NCBI GenBank assembly: GCA_035605775.1
Contig: DATNGU010000091.1
Coordinates: 1 to 29,519 of the forward strand
DNA length: 29,519 nt
Direction: 5' to 3'
Source of the DNA: Solirubrobacterales bacterium
GTDB lineage: Bacteria > Actinomycetota > Thermoleophilia > Solirubrobacterales > 70-9
The notes under the pieces were generated by a model. That model saw nothing but the letters and a program-made list of their open reading frames with translations, had not been told where the DNA came from and made no database searches. The position numbers and the translations under genes are program-made. Of this stretch, positions 16,097-24,590 are shown piece by piece. The number at the start of each line of letters is the position of its first letter. The first letter of the stretch is position 1.

Positions 16097-18325
16097 ATGC
16101 ACGTCGCGATGATCAAGCTAGCGGGGTTCCTGGCGCGCAGGCGCCTCCTCGTGGTGCTTGCCTGGGTTCTGATCGTCATCGCGGCGCTGCCGCTTGCCGC
16201 GCGCCAGACCGAGCACCTGACCGGGGGCGGTTTCGACGTACCCGGCAGTGAATCGAAGGCCGTCGCCGACGCGATGCAGGGCGTGTTCGCCAGCGAGGCG
16301 AACGGAATCTCCGTCTTGCTGCGGGCGGCGCCGGACGCAACCGCCGCCGAGCGCGCCGCCGCCGTGGGGCGGGTTCGCAGCGAGGTCGCCCAGACCGACG
16401 GCGTCGCCCTGCCCGCGCCGGTCGCACGCAGCGCTCGGATCCAGCTGCGGCGCGGCGACGAGGCCCTGATCCCGCTCAGCAGTCGCGTCTCGCAGGACGA
16501 GCTGGTTGACTCCGCCGTGGATCTGCGCGAAGGGCTCGATCCCGGGACGGCTAAGAACGGGGTTACCCCGTACCTCGCTGGCCAGGCGACCGTTTGGGCG
16601 GGGATGCAGGAGCTCTCCAAGGAAGACCTGGCCAAAGCCGAGGCGGGCGGCTTCCCGGTCGTCGCCCTGATCCTGCTCGTCGTCTTCGGCTCGCTCGCCG
16701 CCGCCGCCCTGCCACTGACGCTCGGCTTCGTCAGCGTCATCGTCACCGGCGCCCTCATCTACTTCCTCTCGCTGCAGATGTCCACCTCAGTCTTCGTCAC
16801 CAACATGGCCTCGATGATCGGGATCGGCGTCGCCGTCGACTACTCACTCTTCATCCTCGCCCGCTACCGCGAGGAGCGCCGCGATGGCCGCGACTGCGAC
16901 GAAGCGCGCGCCGAGGCGCTGGCGACTTCGGGCCTGGCCGTCGCTTTCTCCGGCATCGCCGTGATCGTCTCGCTTGCGGGCCTCTGGATGGTCGACAACC
17001 AGGCGCTGCGCTCGATGGCGTTGGGGGCGATGACCGTGGTCGCCGTCTCGATTCTCACCGCGACCACCCTTCTTCCGGCCTTGATCGCGATGCTGGGTGA
17101 CCGGGTGATGCCTGGCGGCGTCGTCGCGCGTGTGCTGCGCTTCGTCAAGTACTCGCTCCTGCGCCGCCCGCGGCCGGCGGCGAACGCTTCCCCCGGCGGC
17201 GGAGCCAGCGGCCCCGGCTTCTGGGATAGGTGGGCTCGTCGCGTCATGGCTCGTCCCTGGCTGGCTGTGGCCTTCTCCGCCGGCATCCTCCTCTTCCTCG
17301 CCGCGCCGCTTCTCTCGCTGGAAACGGGGACGAACGCGATCCAGCAGTTCCCTAAGGACAGCGACGTCCGCGTGGGCAACGAGCTTGCGGCCGAGCAGGT
17401 CGGGGGCGGTGCCGACCCGGTGCAGATCGTGGCTTCGTTCCCGGGCGCCGTCGATCGGGCCGCGGTGACCGGCTTTGCCGCCGAGCTGCGAGCCCAACCC
17501 GGCGTTGGCGCGGTCCCGCCGCCCACCTTTGCCGCGGGAGGCGCGTTGATCGAAGCGACCTCCACCGCGCCGAGCGACTCAGAGGCTGCTTCGGCCTTCG
17601 TCAGCCGGTTGCGCGATTCGGTCGTCCCGGCGAGCGACCTGGCTGCAGCGGCAGCGGTCGTCGTCGGCGGCGAGACCGCTCGCACCGACGACGCTCGCGC
17701 CCAGATCTCCGGCTCGATCTGGAAGATCGTCGGCTTCGTCCTCGCGCTCAGCTTCCTGGTCTTGATGGTGATGCTGCGCTCGCTGCTCCTGCCGTTGAAG
17801 GCAGTGTTGATGAACCTACTCTCGATCGGCGCCGCGTTCGGCGTGCTCGTGGCGATCTTCCAGTGGGGCTGGCTCGACAGCGTGCTCGGCTTCGAAAGCC
17901 TCGGCGCCCTCGACACGATCAACGTGCCGCTGATCTTCGCCATCGTCTTCGGCCTCTCGATGGACTATGAGGTCTTCCTCATGTCGCGGATCCGCGAGCG
18001 CTACATGGAGCACGGCGACAACGAGCGCGCCGTCGCCGAGGGCCTGGCCTCGAGCGCCCGCACGATCTCCTCCGCGGCGCTGATCATGAGTTCGGTCTTC
18101 GCCGTCTTCGTCCTCACCGGGGTGCCCTCGATCAAAGAGCTCGGCCTCGGCTGCGCGGTCGCGATCGCGCTCGACGCGACGCTCGTGCGCCTGATCCTGG
18201 TGCCGGCGGCGATGAAGCTGTTCGGCGACTGGAACTGGTGGATGCCCTCCTGGCTCGACCGCCTGCTGCCGCGGCTCAGCTTCGAGGGCGGCGGCGAGGC
18301 CGAGCCCGAGCCGGCCGAGGCGTAA
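16097..18325 (+). CDS. MMPL family (RND superfamily) lipid transporter
   Basis: Two MMPL repeats with the proton-relay motifs GIGVAVDYSLFILARYREE and FGLSMDYEVFLMSRIRE; LDATLVRLILVPA; WNWWMP. Alternative start at 16109. Confidence 0.92.
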   Translation: MHVAMIKLAGFLARRRLLVVLAWVLIVIAALPLAARQTEHLTGGGFDVPGSESKAVADAMQGVFASEANGISVLLRAAPDATAAERAAAVGRVRSEVAQTDGVALPAPVARSARIQLRRGDEALIPLSSRVSQDELVDSAVDLREGLDPGTAKNGVTPYLAGQATVWAGMQELSKEDLAKAEAGGFPVVALILLVVFGSLAAAALPLTLGFVSVIVTGALIYFLSLQMSTSVFVTNMASMIGIGVAVDYSLFILARYREERRDGRDCDEARAEALATSGLAVAFSGIAVIVSLAGLWMVDNQALRSMALGAMTVVAVSILTATTLLPALIAMLGDRVMPGGVVARVLRFVKYSLLRRPRPAANASPGGGASGPGFWDRWARRVMARPWLAVAFSAGILLFLAAPLLSLETGTNAIQQFPKDSDVRVGNELAAEQVGGGADPVQIVASFPGAVDRAAVTGFAAELRAQPGVGAVPPPTFAAGGALIEATSTAPSDSEAASAFVSRLRDSVVPASDLAAAAAVVVGGETARTDDARAQISGSIWKIVGFVLALSFLVLMVMLRSLLLPLKAVLMNLLSIGAAFGVLVAIFQWGWLDSVLGFESLGALDTINVPLIFAIVFGLSMDYEVFLMSRIRERYMEHGDNERAVAEGLASSARTISSAALIMSSVFAVFVLTGVPSIKELGLGCAVAIALDATLVRLILVPAAMKLFGDWNWWMPSWLDRLLPRLSFEGGGEAEPEPAEA

Positions 18326-18338
18326 TACCCTCTCGCGT

Positions 18339-19745
18339 GTGAGCGATGAGATCGCATTCGCCGGAGCTGCGAAGCAGGCGGAGATGGTGCGAGCGGGGGA
18401 GGTCTCCCCGACCGAGCTAGTGCGCTTGTGCTTGGGCCGGATCGAGCGGCTGGACCCGCAGCTCAACTCGTTCCGGTCGGTGTTCGCGGAACGCGCCTTG
18501 CTCGAAGCCGAGCAGGCCGAGGCCCGGCGGAGCGCCGGTGACGAGCGTCCCCTGCTTGGCGTGCCGATCGCGATCAAGGACTGCGTCGACGTCGCAGGGG
18601 ACCTGACCACCTACGGCACCGACGGTTTCACCGAGCCGGCCAGGGCGGACAGCGAGATCGTGCGCCGGTTGCGGGAGGCGGGCGCGATTCTGGTCGGCAA
18701 GACGACACTGCCCGAGCTGGCGATCTGCGGCTTTACCGAGACCGCGACCTGGGGCGTGACACGCAACCCTTGGGATCTGCAACGCACGCCGGGGGGTTCG
18801 AGCGGGGGCAGCGCCGCCGCCGTGGCCGCAGGGCTGGTGCCGATCGCGCTCGCTACCGACGGGGCCGGGTCGATCCGCATCCCGGCGGCTTCCTGCGGCT
18901 TGGTTGGGCTGAAACCGCAGCGCGGCCGCGTCTCGCTCGCACCGGACCTTCAACACTGGAACGGGCTCTCGGCCTACAACTGCGTCAGCCGCACGGTGGT
19001 CGACACCGCGCTCTGGCTCGACTTGGTCAGCGGCGGCTCGCAGGAGCCCGGCACCCCCGCCCCTCCCGAGCGTCCGTTCGCCGAGGCGGTGAGGACTCCG
19101 CCCGGCAAGCTGCGGGTCGCATGGTCGACCGCCCCACCGCGTGCCGCTGCGCCCCCGACGGTCTCGGATGTCGCCAAGGGCGCCGTCGCCGGCACCGCTG
19201 AGCTATTGGGATCGCTGGGGCACGAGGTCGGGCAGAGGGATCCCGACTGGGGCGGGATCGGCAACAACGTCACCCCGCGTTACCTGCGTGGGATCGCCGA
19301 AGACTTCGCCCGGGTGCCACACCCGGAGCGGCTCGAACGGCGCACCCGCGGCTTTGCCCGCCTGGGGAGGCTGATTCCGGACGGGTTGTTCGAGAAGGCG
19401 CGACAGGGCGAAGCCGCGGACGCAGCTCGCGTCAACGCGATCTTCGACTCACACGATGTGTTGATGACGCCGGTTATGGGCGGCACGGCGTTGCCGGTGC
19501 GACGCTGGGAGGGCCGCGGCGCGATCCAGACCGTGCTCGGCATGAGCCGCTTCTATCCCTACTGCGTGCCCTGGAACCACCTTGGCAATCCGGCGATGTC
19601 GGTGCCCGCCGGCTTTGCCGCCGACGGCATGCCGTTGGCGGTCCAGCTGGTTGGTCGCCCCGGCGACGAGGCAACTCTGATCTCGCTTGCCGCCCAGCTC
19701 GAGGCAGAGCGACCCTGGGCGGACCGCCGGCCGCCGATCTCCTAG
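18339..19745 (+). CDS. Amidase signature family protein
   Basis: GVPIAIKD (Lys), PGGSSGGSAAAVA, TDGAGSIRIPA (Ser-cisSer-Lys triad). Confidence 0.92.
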   Translation: MSDEIAFAGAAKQAEMVRAGEVSPTELVRLCLGRIERLDPQLNSFRSVFAERALLEAEQAEARRSAGDERPLLGVPIAIKDCVDVAGDLTTYGTDGFTEPARADSEIVRRLREAGAILVGKTTLPELAICGFTETATWGVTRNPWDLQRTPGGSSGGSAAAVAAGLVPIALATDGAGSIRIPAASCGLVGLKPQRGRVSLAPDLQHWNGLSAYNCVSRTVVDTALWLDLVSGGSQEPGTPAPPERPFAEAVRTPPGKLRVAWSTAPPRAAAPPTVSDVAKGAVAGTAELLGSLGHEVGQRDPDWGGIGNNVTPRYLRGIAEDFARVPHPERLERRTRGFARLGRLIPDGLFEKARQGEAADAARVNAIFDSHDVLMTPVMGGTALPVRRWEGRGAIQTVLGMSRFYPYCVPWNHLGNPAMSVPAGFAADGMPLAVQLVGRPGDEATLISLAAQLEAERPWADRRPPIS

Positions 19746-21028
19746 CGGAACACTTTGCGCAGGCGCGCGATCTCGCGGATCGAGCCGCGCGGGCGGATGC
19801 GTCGCTGCAGGATCATCTTCAGCGGGTTGGCTTCCGGCTTGCCCATCGCGACGAAGTCGGCCCAGCTCGCCTCCAGGGTGAGGGTCGGATTGGGCGCCTC
19901 ACCGGGCTCGACTCGGGTCGAGCCGTTGTCGAGCGTCAGGTGCCAGGGGTCGGCATCGCTGAAGCGATACTGGTAAACCAGCGGCGAGCCGTTGGCCGCC
20001 GCCGGGTCGGCGACGCGCTTGACCACGTCGAAGTAGAGGCGCTGCGTCTCCGGCGAGGCGTCTGGGGCGGGTCCGTCGGGCGGGCCGAGGACACCGGCCT
20101 CCATCAGCCGAACCTGGCGCGCTGCGACCTCCTCGGCGGAAGCCTCGGGGTCGAAGGGGAAGACTCCGGGCGGCATCTCCTCGGTCGGGTAGCCGATCGT
20201 GCGCCAGCGCTGACGGATCAGTTTCAGTCCGAAGGCGAAGATGTCCTCGAGCGAGAAGCCGTAGCACTCGGTGTATTCGCGGTCGAAGTTGGGCGGGTAA
20301 AACACTGCCGGCCCGTAGGGGAGCGTTTCGCGCAGCAGCTCGACGACCGCCGCCCGGTTCTCCTCCCAACCGGGGTTGCCTTCCGCCAGCAGTTCGGCGA
20401 GCACCTTGACGCCGAAGCCGATGTGGCGTTGCTCGTCGCGGGAGACGTTGCCCATCCCGTCGCTGAAGCCGGGCATCGTTTCTTTGGAAGCGAAGAAGTC
20501 CTCGATGAAGTGTTGTCCGGGTTGGGCGAGGCTGCCCTCGACGATCAGGTGGTAGAGGGTGATCGCCTGCGCATACTTGGGCAGCGAGCGGTCCTTGCGC
20601 AGTTCCTCGGCCATCAGGTCGAGCCGGTCGAAGATGCCGCGGTAGCCCCAGTTGAGCTGCGGCATGGTGGAGGAGAGGGTCTGCTGGATCGAGTCACCGC
20701 CGACCCCAATTACGTCCTTGAAGAAGCGGTGGAAGAAGATCGAGTGGCGGACCTCGTCAACCTGCTGGGTGGCGAGGAAGTAGGACTGCTCCTCGGTCGG
20801 AGCGGCGTTGATGTAGGGGGCGAGCGTGTCGGCGACCCGGTCCTCGCCGTAATAGAACATCGAGTAGATCCACATCGCCGAGCGCCGCTGGATGTCGGCG
20901 AGCGCCTCCCAGCCCTTGCGGTCCTCGGAGAAGTCGATGTCGTAGGCGCTCCAGTTGCCCTGCTCCCAGCGCTTATAGAGGTCGACGTAGGTGACGTTGT
21001 CCATCAGGCTCTGGGATGCGACGCTCAT
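19742..21028 (-). CDS. R2-like ligand-binding oxidase (ferritin-like di-metal) fused to a C-terminal SCP2-like lipid-binding domain
   Basis: GEDRV, DEVRH, YHLIVEG and DEQRH metal-ligand motifs; Phe at the radical-Tyr position (HSIFF). The C-terminal YQYRFSDADPWHLTLDNG...PTLTLEASWADF...NPLKMILQRRIRPRG resembles SCP2. GAAGGAG RBS. Confidence 0.8.
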   Translation of the reverse strand: MSVASQSLMDNVTYVDLYKRWEQGNWSAYDIDFSEDRKGWEALADIQRRSAMWIYSMFYYGEDRVADTLAPYINAAPTEEQSYFLATQQVDEVRHSIFFHRFFKDVIGVGGDSIQQTLSSTMPQLNWGYRGIFDRLDLMAEELRKDRSLPKYAQAITLYHLIVEGSLAQPGQHFIEDFFASKETMPGFSDGMGNVSRDEQRHIGFGVKVLAELLAEGNPGWEENRAAVVELLRETLPYGPAVFYPPNFDREYTECYGFSLEDIFAFGLKLIRQRWRTIGYPTEEMPPGVFPFDPEASAEEVAARQVRLMEAGVLGPPDGPAPDASPETQRLYFDVVKRVADPAAANGSPLVYQYRFSDADPWHLTLDNGSTRVEPGEAPNPTLTLEASWADFVAMGKPEANPLKMILQRRIRPRGSIREIARLRKVFR

Positions 21029-21130
21029 CTCTCTCCTTCGGTTAGGGCGCCGCCGGCGCCTCCGGGGCTGCGTAGAGCCCAGACTAGCGCGATCCTGGCC
21101 AGCCAGCCAGTTGTTGCTAGTTGATGTGGA

Positions 21131-22630
21131 TCACGCAGCGGCGGGAGTTTCGATCTCCCGCTTGAGGATCTTGCCGGTTGGGCCCTTGGGCAGGTCGTCG
21201 AGGAACCAGACAATGCGCGGGTACTTGTAGGCGGCGATGCGGTCCTTGACGTAGGCGCTGATCTCCTCCGGGCTCAGCTCCTCGGCCTCCATCAGGACGA
21301 CGGCGGCGCCGATCTCCTCGCCCCATTCGTCATGGGGGACGCCAACTACCGCGGCTTCGCGGATCTTCGGGTGCTCGTAGAGGACTTCCTCGACCTCGCG
21401 CGGGTAGACGTTGTAGCCGCCGCGGATGATCAAGTCCTTCTTGCGGTCGACGATGAAGAAGTAGCCGTCCTCGTCGGTGCGGGCCATGTCGCCGCTGTGG
21501 AACCAGCCGCCCCGCATCGCCTCCTCGGTCGCCTCGGGGCGCTGCCAGTAGCCCTTCATGATGTTGTGTCCGCGGATCACGATCTCGCCAACCTCGCCTT
21601 GGGCGACCGGGTTGTCGTCCTCGTCTACGACCTGCATCTCGACGCCCTCGATCGGCGTGCCGATCGAGCCCGCCTTGCGCTCCATGTCAGGGTGGTTCGA
21701 GGAGGAAACTGGCGAGGTCTCCGAGAGTCCGTAGCCCTCCAGCACGACCGCCCCGAAGGCCTCCTCGAAGCCGTGCAGCACCTCCACCGGCATCGAGGCG
21801 CCGCCGGTGATGCAGTTGCGCAGCGAGGAGGTGTCGAAGCTGCCGCGCTCGGGGTGGTGCAGCAGAGCCCCGAACATCGTCGGCACACCGTAGAAGTGGG
21901 TGACACTGTCGCGCTGGATGGTCTCCAGCGCCTCGCCGGGATCGAATTTGGGGACCAGCGTGAGGCAGGCCCCAACTCGTAGCGAGGCATTCATTCCGAC
22001 CGTCTGTCCGAAAGAGTGGAAGAGCGGGAGGGCACCCAGGACGACGTCGCCGGCACCCACCTCGCAGGTGGTCCGCGACGAGATCTCGGCGTTGCGCGCC
22101 AGGTTGGCGTGGGTCAGCTCGGCGCCCTTCGGCTTGCCGGTGGTGCCGGAGGTGTAGAGGATCACCGCCGTGTCGTCCTCGGCCGTCGCGGCGAGGGCGG
22201 GGGTCGGCTCGAGCTCGGCGAGCGTCGCCGCGAAGGCGGCCGGCTCGACCTCGATCAGTTCGGCACCGGCCTCGGCGGCGCCCCCGCGTGCCTCCTCGGC
22301 GAAGCCGTGCCAGGCGAGCAGCAGCTTCGCCACGGAGTCCTCCAGGTAGAAGGCGATCTCGCGCCGCTTTAGCAGCACGTTCATCGGCACCACGACGCCA
22401 CCGGCTCGCAGAACGCCGTAGTAGGCGACCGGAAACTCGGGCACGTTGGGGAGCATCACCCCGACCCTGTCGCCCGGCTTGACTCCTTTTTCGCCCAGCA
22501 GCGTCGCGAGGCGCGCGCTGCGGTCGTCCAGCTCGGCGTAGCTCACCGCGACCCCGCCAAGGCGGATCGCCGGCGCGTCGGGCGAGCGCTGGGCGCTCTC
22601 GGCCAGCAGCGAAGCGAGGTTGAGTCCCAT
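21131..22630 (-). CDS. Long-chain fatty-acid--CoA ligase (AMP-binding, FadD-like)
   Basis: ILYTSGTTGKPKG, EGYGLSET, GWFHSGD, IVDRKKDLIIRGGYNVYPREVE, LPKGPTGKILK. Start moved to ATG 22630 (MGLNLASLL). Confidence 0.93.
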   Translation of the reverse strand: MGLNLASLLAESAQRSPDAPAIRLGGVAVSYAELDDRSARLATLLGEKGVKPGDRVGVMLPNVPEFPVAYYGVLRAGGVVVPMNVLLKRREIAFYLEDSVAKLLLAWHGFAEEARGGAAEAGAELIEVEPAAFAATLAELEPTPALAATAEDDTAVILYTSGTTGKPKGAELTHANLARNAEISSRTTCEVGAGDVVLGALPLFHSFGQTVGMNASLRVGACLTLVPKFDPGEALETIQRDSVTHFYGVPTMFGALLHHPERGSFDTSSLRNCITGGASMPVEVLHGFEEAFGAVVLEGYGLSETSPVSSSNHPDMERKAGSIGTPIEGVEMQVVDEDDNPVAQGEVGEIVIRGHNIMKGYWQRPEATEEAMRGGWFHSGDMARTDEDGYFFIVDRKKDLIIRGGYNVYPREVEEVLYEHPKIREAAVVGVPHDEWGEEIGAAVVLMEAEELSPEEISAYVKDRIAAYKYPRIVWFLDDLPKGPTGKILKREIETPAAA

Positions 22631-22718
22631 GCGGTGCGAGCATAGCCCGCCGCCCGCGCAACGGGCAAGAGATCCCGAGGCGCGCGCGGTGCTGCGTCGC
22701 GCTAGGCTCGGCCCCACG

Positions 22719-23084
22719 ATGAAGGACCTCGGAGCGCCCACCTCCTTCCTCACCCTGCCGAAGGGGGTGCCCGTGTACTCGAGCGACGGCGAGGAGCTGG
22801 GCAAGGTCGAGTACGTGCTCTCGGCCCCCAACATCGACATCTTCGACGGGATCGTGCTCGACACCAGCGTCCTTCCCGGTGGTCACAAGTTCGTCGACGC
22901 GCCCGAGGTTGCGGAGATATACGAGGGTGGCGTCGTGCTGACGATCGACGCGGCGGCGGCCGGGAACTTGCCCGAGCCCGGCGCCAATCCCGGATCTCTC
23001 GACATCAATCCCGACGATCTCGCGAAGGGCGGGAGCAACAGCAAGCTGCGCCGGGCCTGGGACCTGATCTCGGGCAAGGGCTGA
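22719..23084 (+). CDS. PRC-barrel-like hypothetical protein
   Basis: GVPVYSSDGEELGKVEYV pattern typical of PRC-barrel starts; coding-like codons from ATG 22719. Confidence 0.6.
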   Translation: MKDLGAPTSFLTLPKGVPVYSSDGEELGKVEYVLSAPNIDIFDGIVLDTSVLPGGHKFVDAPEVAEIYEGGVVLTIDAAAAGNLPEPGANPGSLDINPDDLAKGGSNSKLRRAWDLISGKG

Positions 23085-23116
23085 GGCTATCGCTGAGGGA
23101 CCGCGTTGCGCGCGGT

Positions 23117-24025
23117 TTAGGGTCGAGCCGGGTCGGCCGCGACCCGTGTTGGGTCGATCGCCGTGCCACCTGCGTCCGCGTTGCGACGGCTCATCGCCCA
23201 GGCGAAGAGGCCGCCGGTGAAGAGCATGAAGGTGGCATAGACGGCGGCGGGGATGGCCACGTCGGTGGCAAGCGTGGCGCCGACCGCGATCGCAAGCGCC
23301 GAGTTGTGGATCCCGAGCTCGAGTGCGATCGCCGTCGCTTGACGGTCGTCGAGCCGAGCCAGCTTCGAGATCGTGAAGCTGAGCAGCATCGCCGCGACGT
23401 TGAGGGCCAGCGCGGCGCCGGCGACGTCGGCGACGTTCTCGGCCACCGTGTCGTACTCGCTGGCGATCGCTCCGAGCACGACGATCGCGAACAGGCTGAG
23501 CGCGCAGCGGCGCACCCGCGGGTAGGCGGCGTCCACCAAGGCGTAGTTTCGCCGCCGCATCTCCATGCCGATCGCGACCGGCACGATCGTGATCGCGAAG
23601 ACCCGTGCGACGACGCCGAGCATGCTCACGTCGCCGATGTCGGTGGCGCCGAAGTGGTTGGCGGAGAGCTCGAGGAAGAGGGGAACCGTGATCATCGCGC
23701 AGACGCTGCTGATCGCGGTCATCGTCACCGACAGCGCCGTGTCGCCGCGCGACAGGTGCGTCAGCATGTTGGCCATCATCCCGCCGGGCGAGGCGCCGAG
23801 CAGGACGAGGCCGACCGCCAGCGTCGGCGGCAAGGCGAAGAGCTCGGCCATCGCGACGGCGAGCAGCGGCGAGAAAAGCGCCAGGTTGAGCATCCCGATC
23901 GCGACCCCGCGCGGCGCCACGAGCACCTGCCGGAAGTCCTCCCGGGTCAGGGTCAGGCCGAGGCTCCACATGATCACCGCGATCGCGGCGGGGAGCAGGA
24001 GCGAGGTCAGGATCGGACTGTCCAT
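23117..24025 (-). CDS. Bile acid:sodium symporter (BASS) family transporter
   Basis: IMWSLGLTLT, GLVLLGASPGGMMAN, RGDTALSVTMTAIS, ELGIHNSALA. Start moved to ATG 24025. Confidence 0.9.
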   Translation of the reverse strand: MDSPILTSLLLPAAIAVIMWSLGLTLTREDFRQVLVAPRGVAIGMLNLALFSPLLAVAMAELFALPPTLAVGLVLLGASPGGMMANMLTHLSRGDTALSVTMTAISSVCAMITVPLFLELSANHFGATDIGDVSMLGVVARVFAITIVPVAIGMEMRRRNYALVDAAYPRVRRCALSLFAIVVLGAIASEYDTVAENVADVAGAALALNVAAMLLSFTISKLARLDDRQATAIALELGIHNSALAIAVGATLATDVAIPAAVYATFMLFTGGLFAWAMSRRNADAGGTAIDPTRVAADPARP

Positions 24026-24092
24026 CGCCTCGACCCTATTGCGCGTTTGGCGGGGAAGTCGATCTGAGCCGAGTTTGCTTAGGATGCCCGCA

Positions 24093-24590
24093 GTGAAGAC
24101 GCCGATGCTGACGATCGCAGTGTGCGCGGCCCTGCTGGTAGCGGGCTGCGGGGGGGACGACGACTCCTCGACCGAGTCGGCCGCTTCCGCGGAAGCGACG
24201 ACGACCGAATCCTCGGCCGCCAAGACCAAGCCCAAGGTCACCGTGCCGAAGGGCGCTCCGCCGAAGCAGCTCGAAGTCAAGGAACTGGAAGAGGGCAGCG
24301 GCGCCGAAGCGAAAGCCGGCGACGAAGTCACCGTCCAGTACGTAGGCGTCAACTACAAGAACGGCAAGGTATTCGATTCCTCCTGGAGCCGCAACGAACC
24401 CTTCAGCTTCGGCCTCGGCGCCGGCGAAGTGATCCCCGGCTGGGACCAGGGCGTCGAAGGGATGAAGGTCGGCGGTCGGCGCGAGCTGATCATCCCGCCC
24501 GAACTCGCCTATGGCGAAGCTGGCGCTCCCCCCGCAATCGGTCCGAACGAAACGCTCGTGTTCGTGATCGACCTGCTTGAAGTCAAATAG
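24093..24590 (+). CDS. FKBP-type peptidyl-prolyl isomerase, lipoprotein
   Basis: Signal peptide with lipobox LVAG-C, Ser/Thr/Ala linker, VTVQYVG...FDSSWSRNEPF...VIPGWDQGVEGMKVGGRRELIIPPELAYG...TLVFVIDL. GTG start 7 nt after TAGGAT (alternative ATG 24084). Confidence 0.93.
   Translation: MKTPMLTIAVCAALLVAGCGGDDDSSTESAASAEATTTESSAAKTKPKVTVPKGAPPKQLEVKELEEGSGAEAKAGDEVTVQYVGVNYKNGKVFDSSWSRNEPFSFGLGAGEVIPGWDQGVEGMKVGGRRELIIPPELAYGEAGAPPAIGPNETLVFVIDLLEVK

Noticed and set aside
22631-22864. N-terminal extensions in the ORF track (acyl-CoA ligase, BASS, FKBP, hsp20, DNA-binding protein)
   Set aside because: The extensions overlap divergent genes or promoters. Downstream starts with an RBS or -10 hexamer fit the family N-termini.
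23100-23116. Terminator between the PRC-barrel and BASS genes (ACCGCG-TTGCG-CGCGGT)
   Set aside because: Only a 6-bp stem with a very short T-run; too weak to call.
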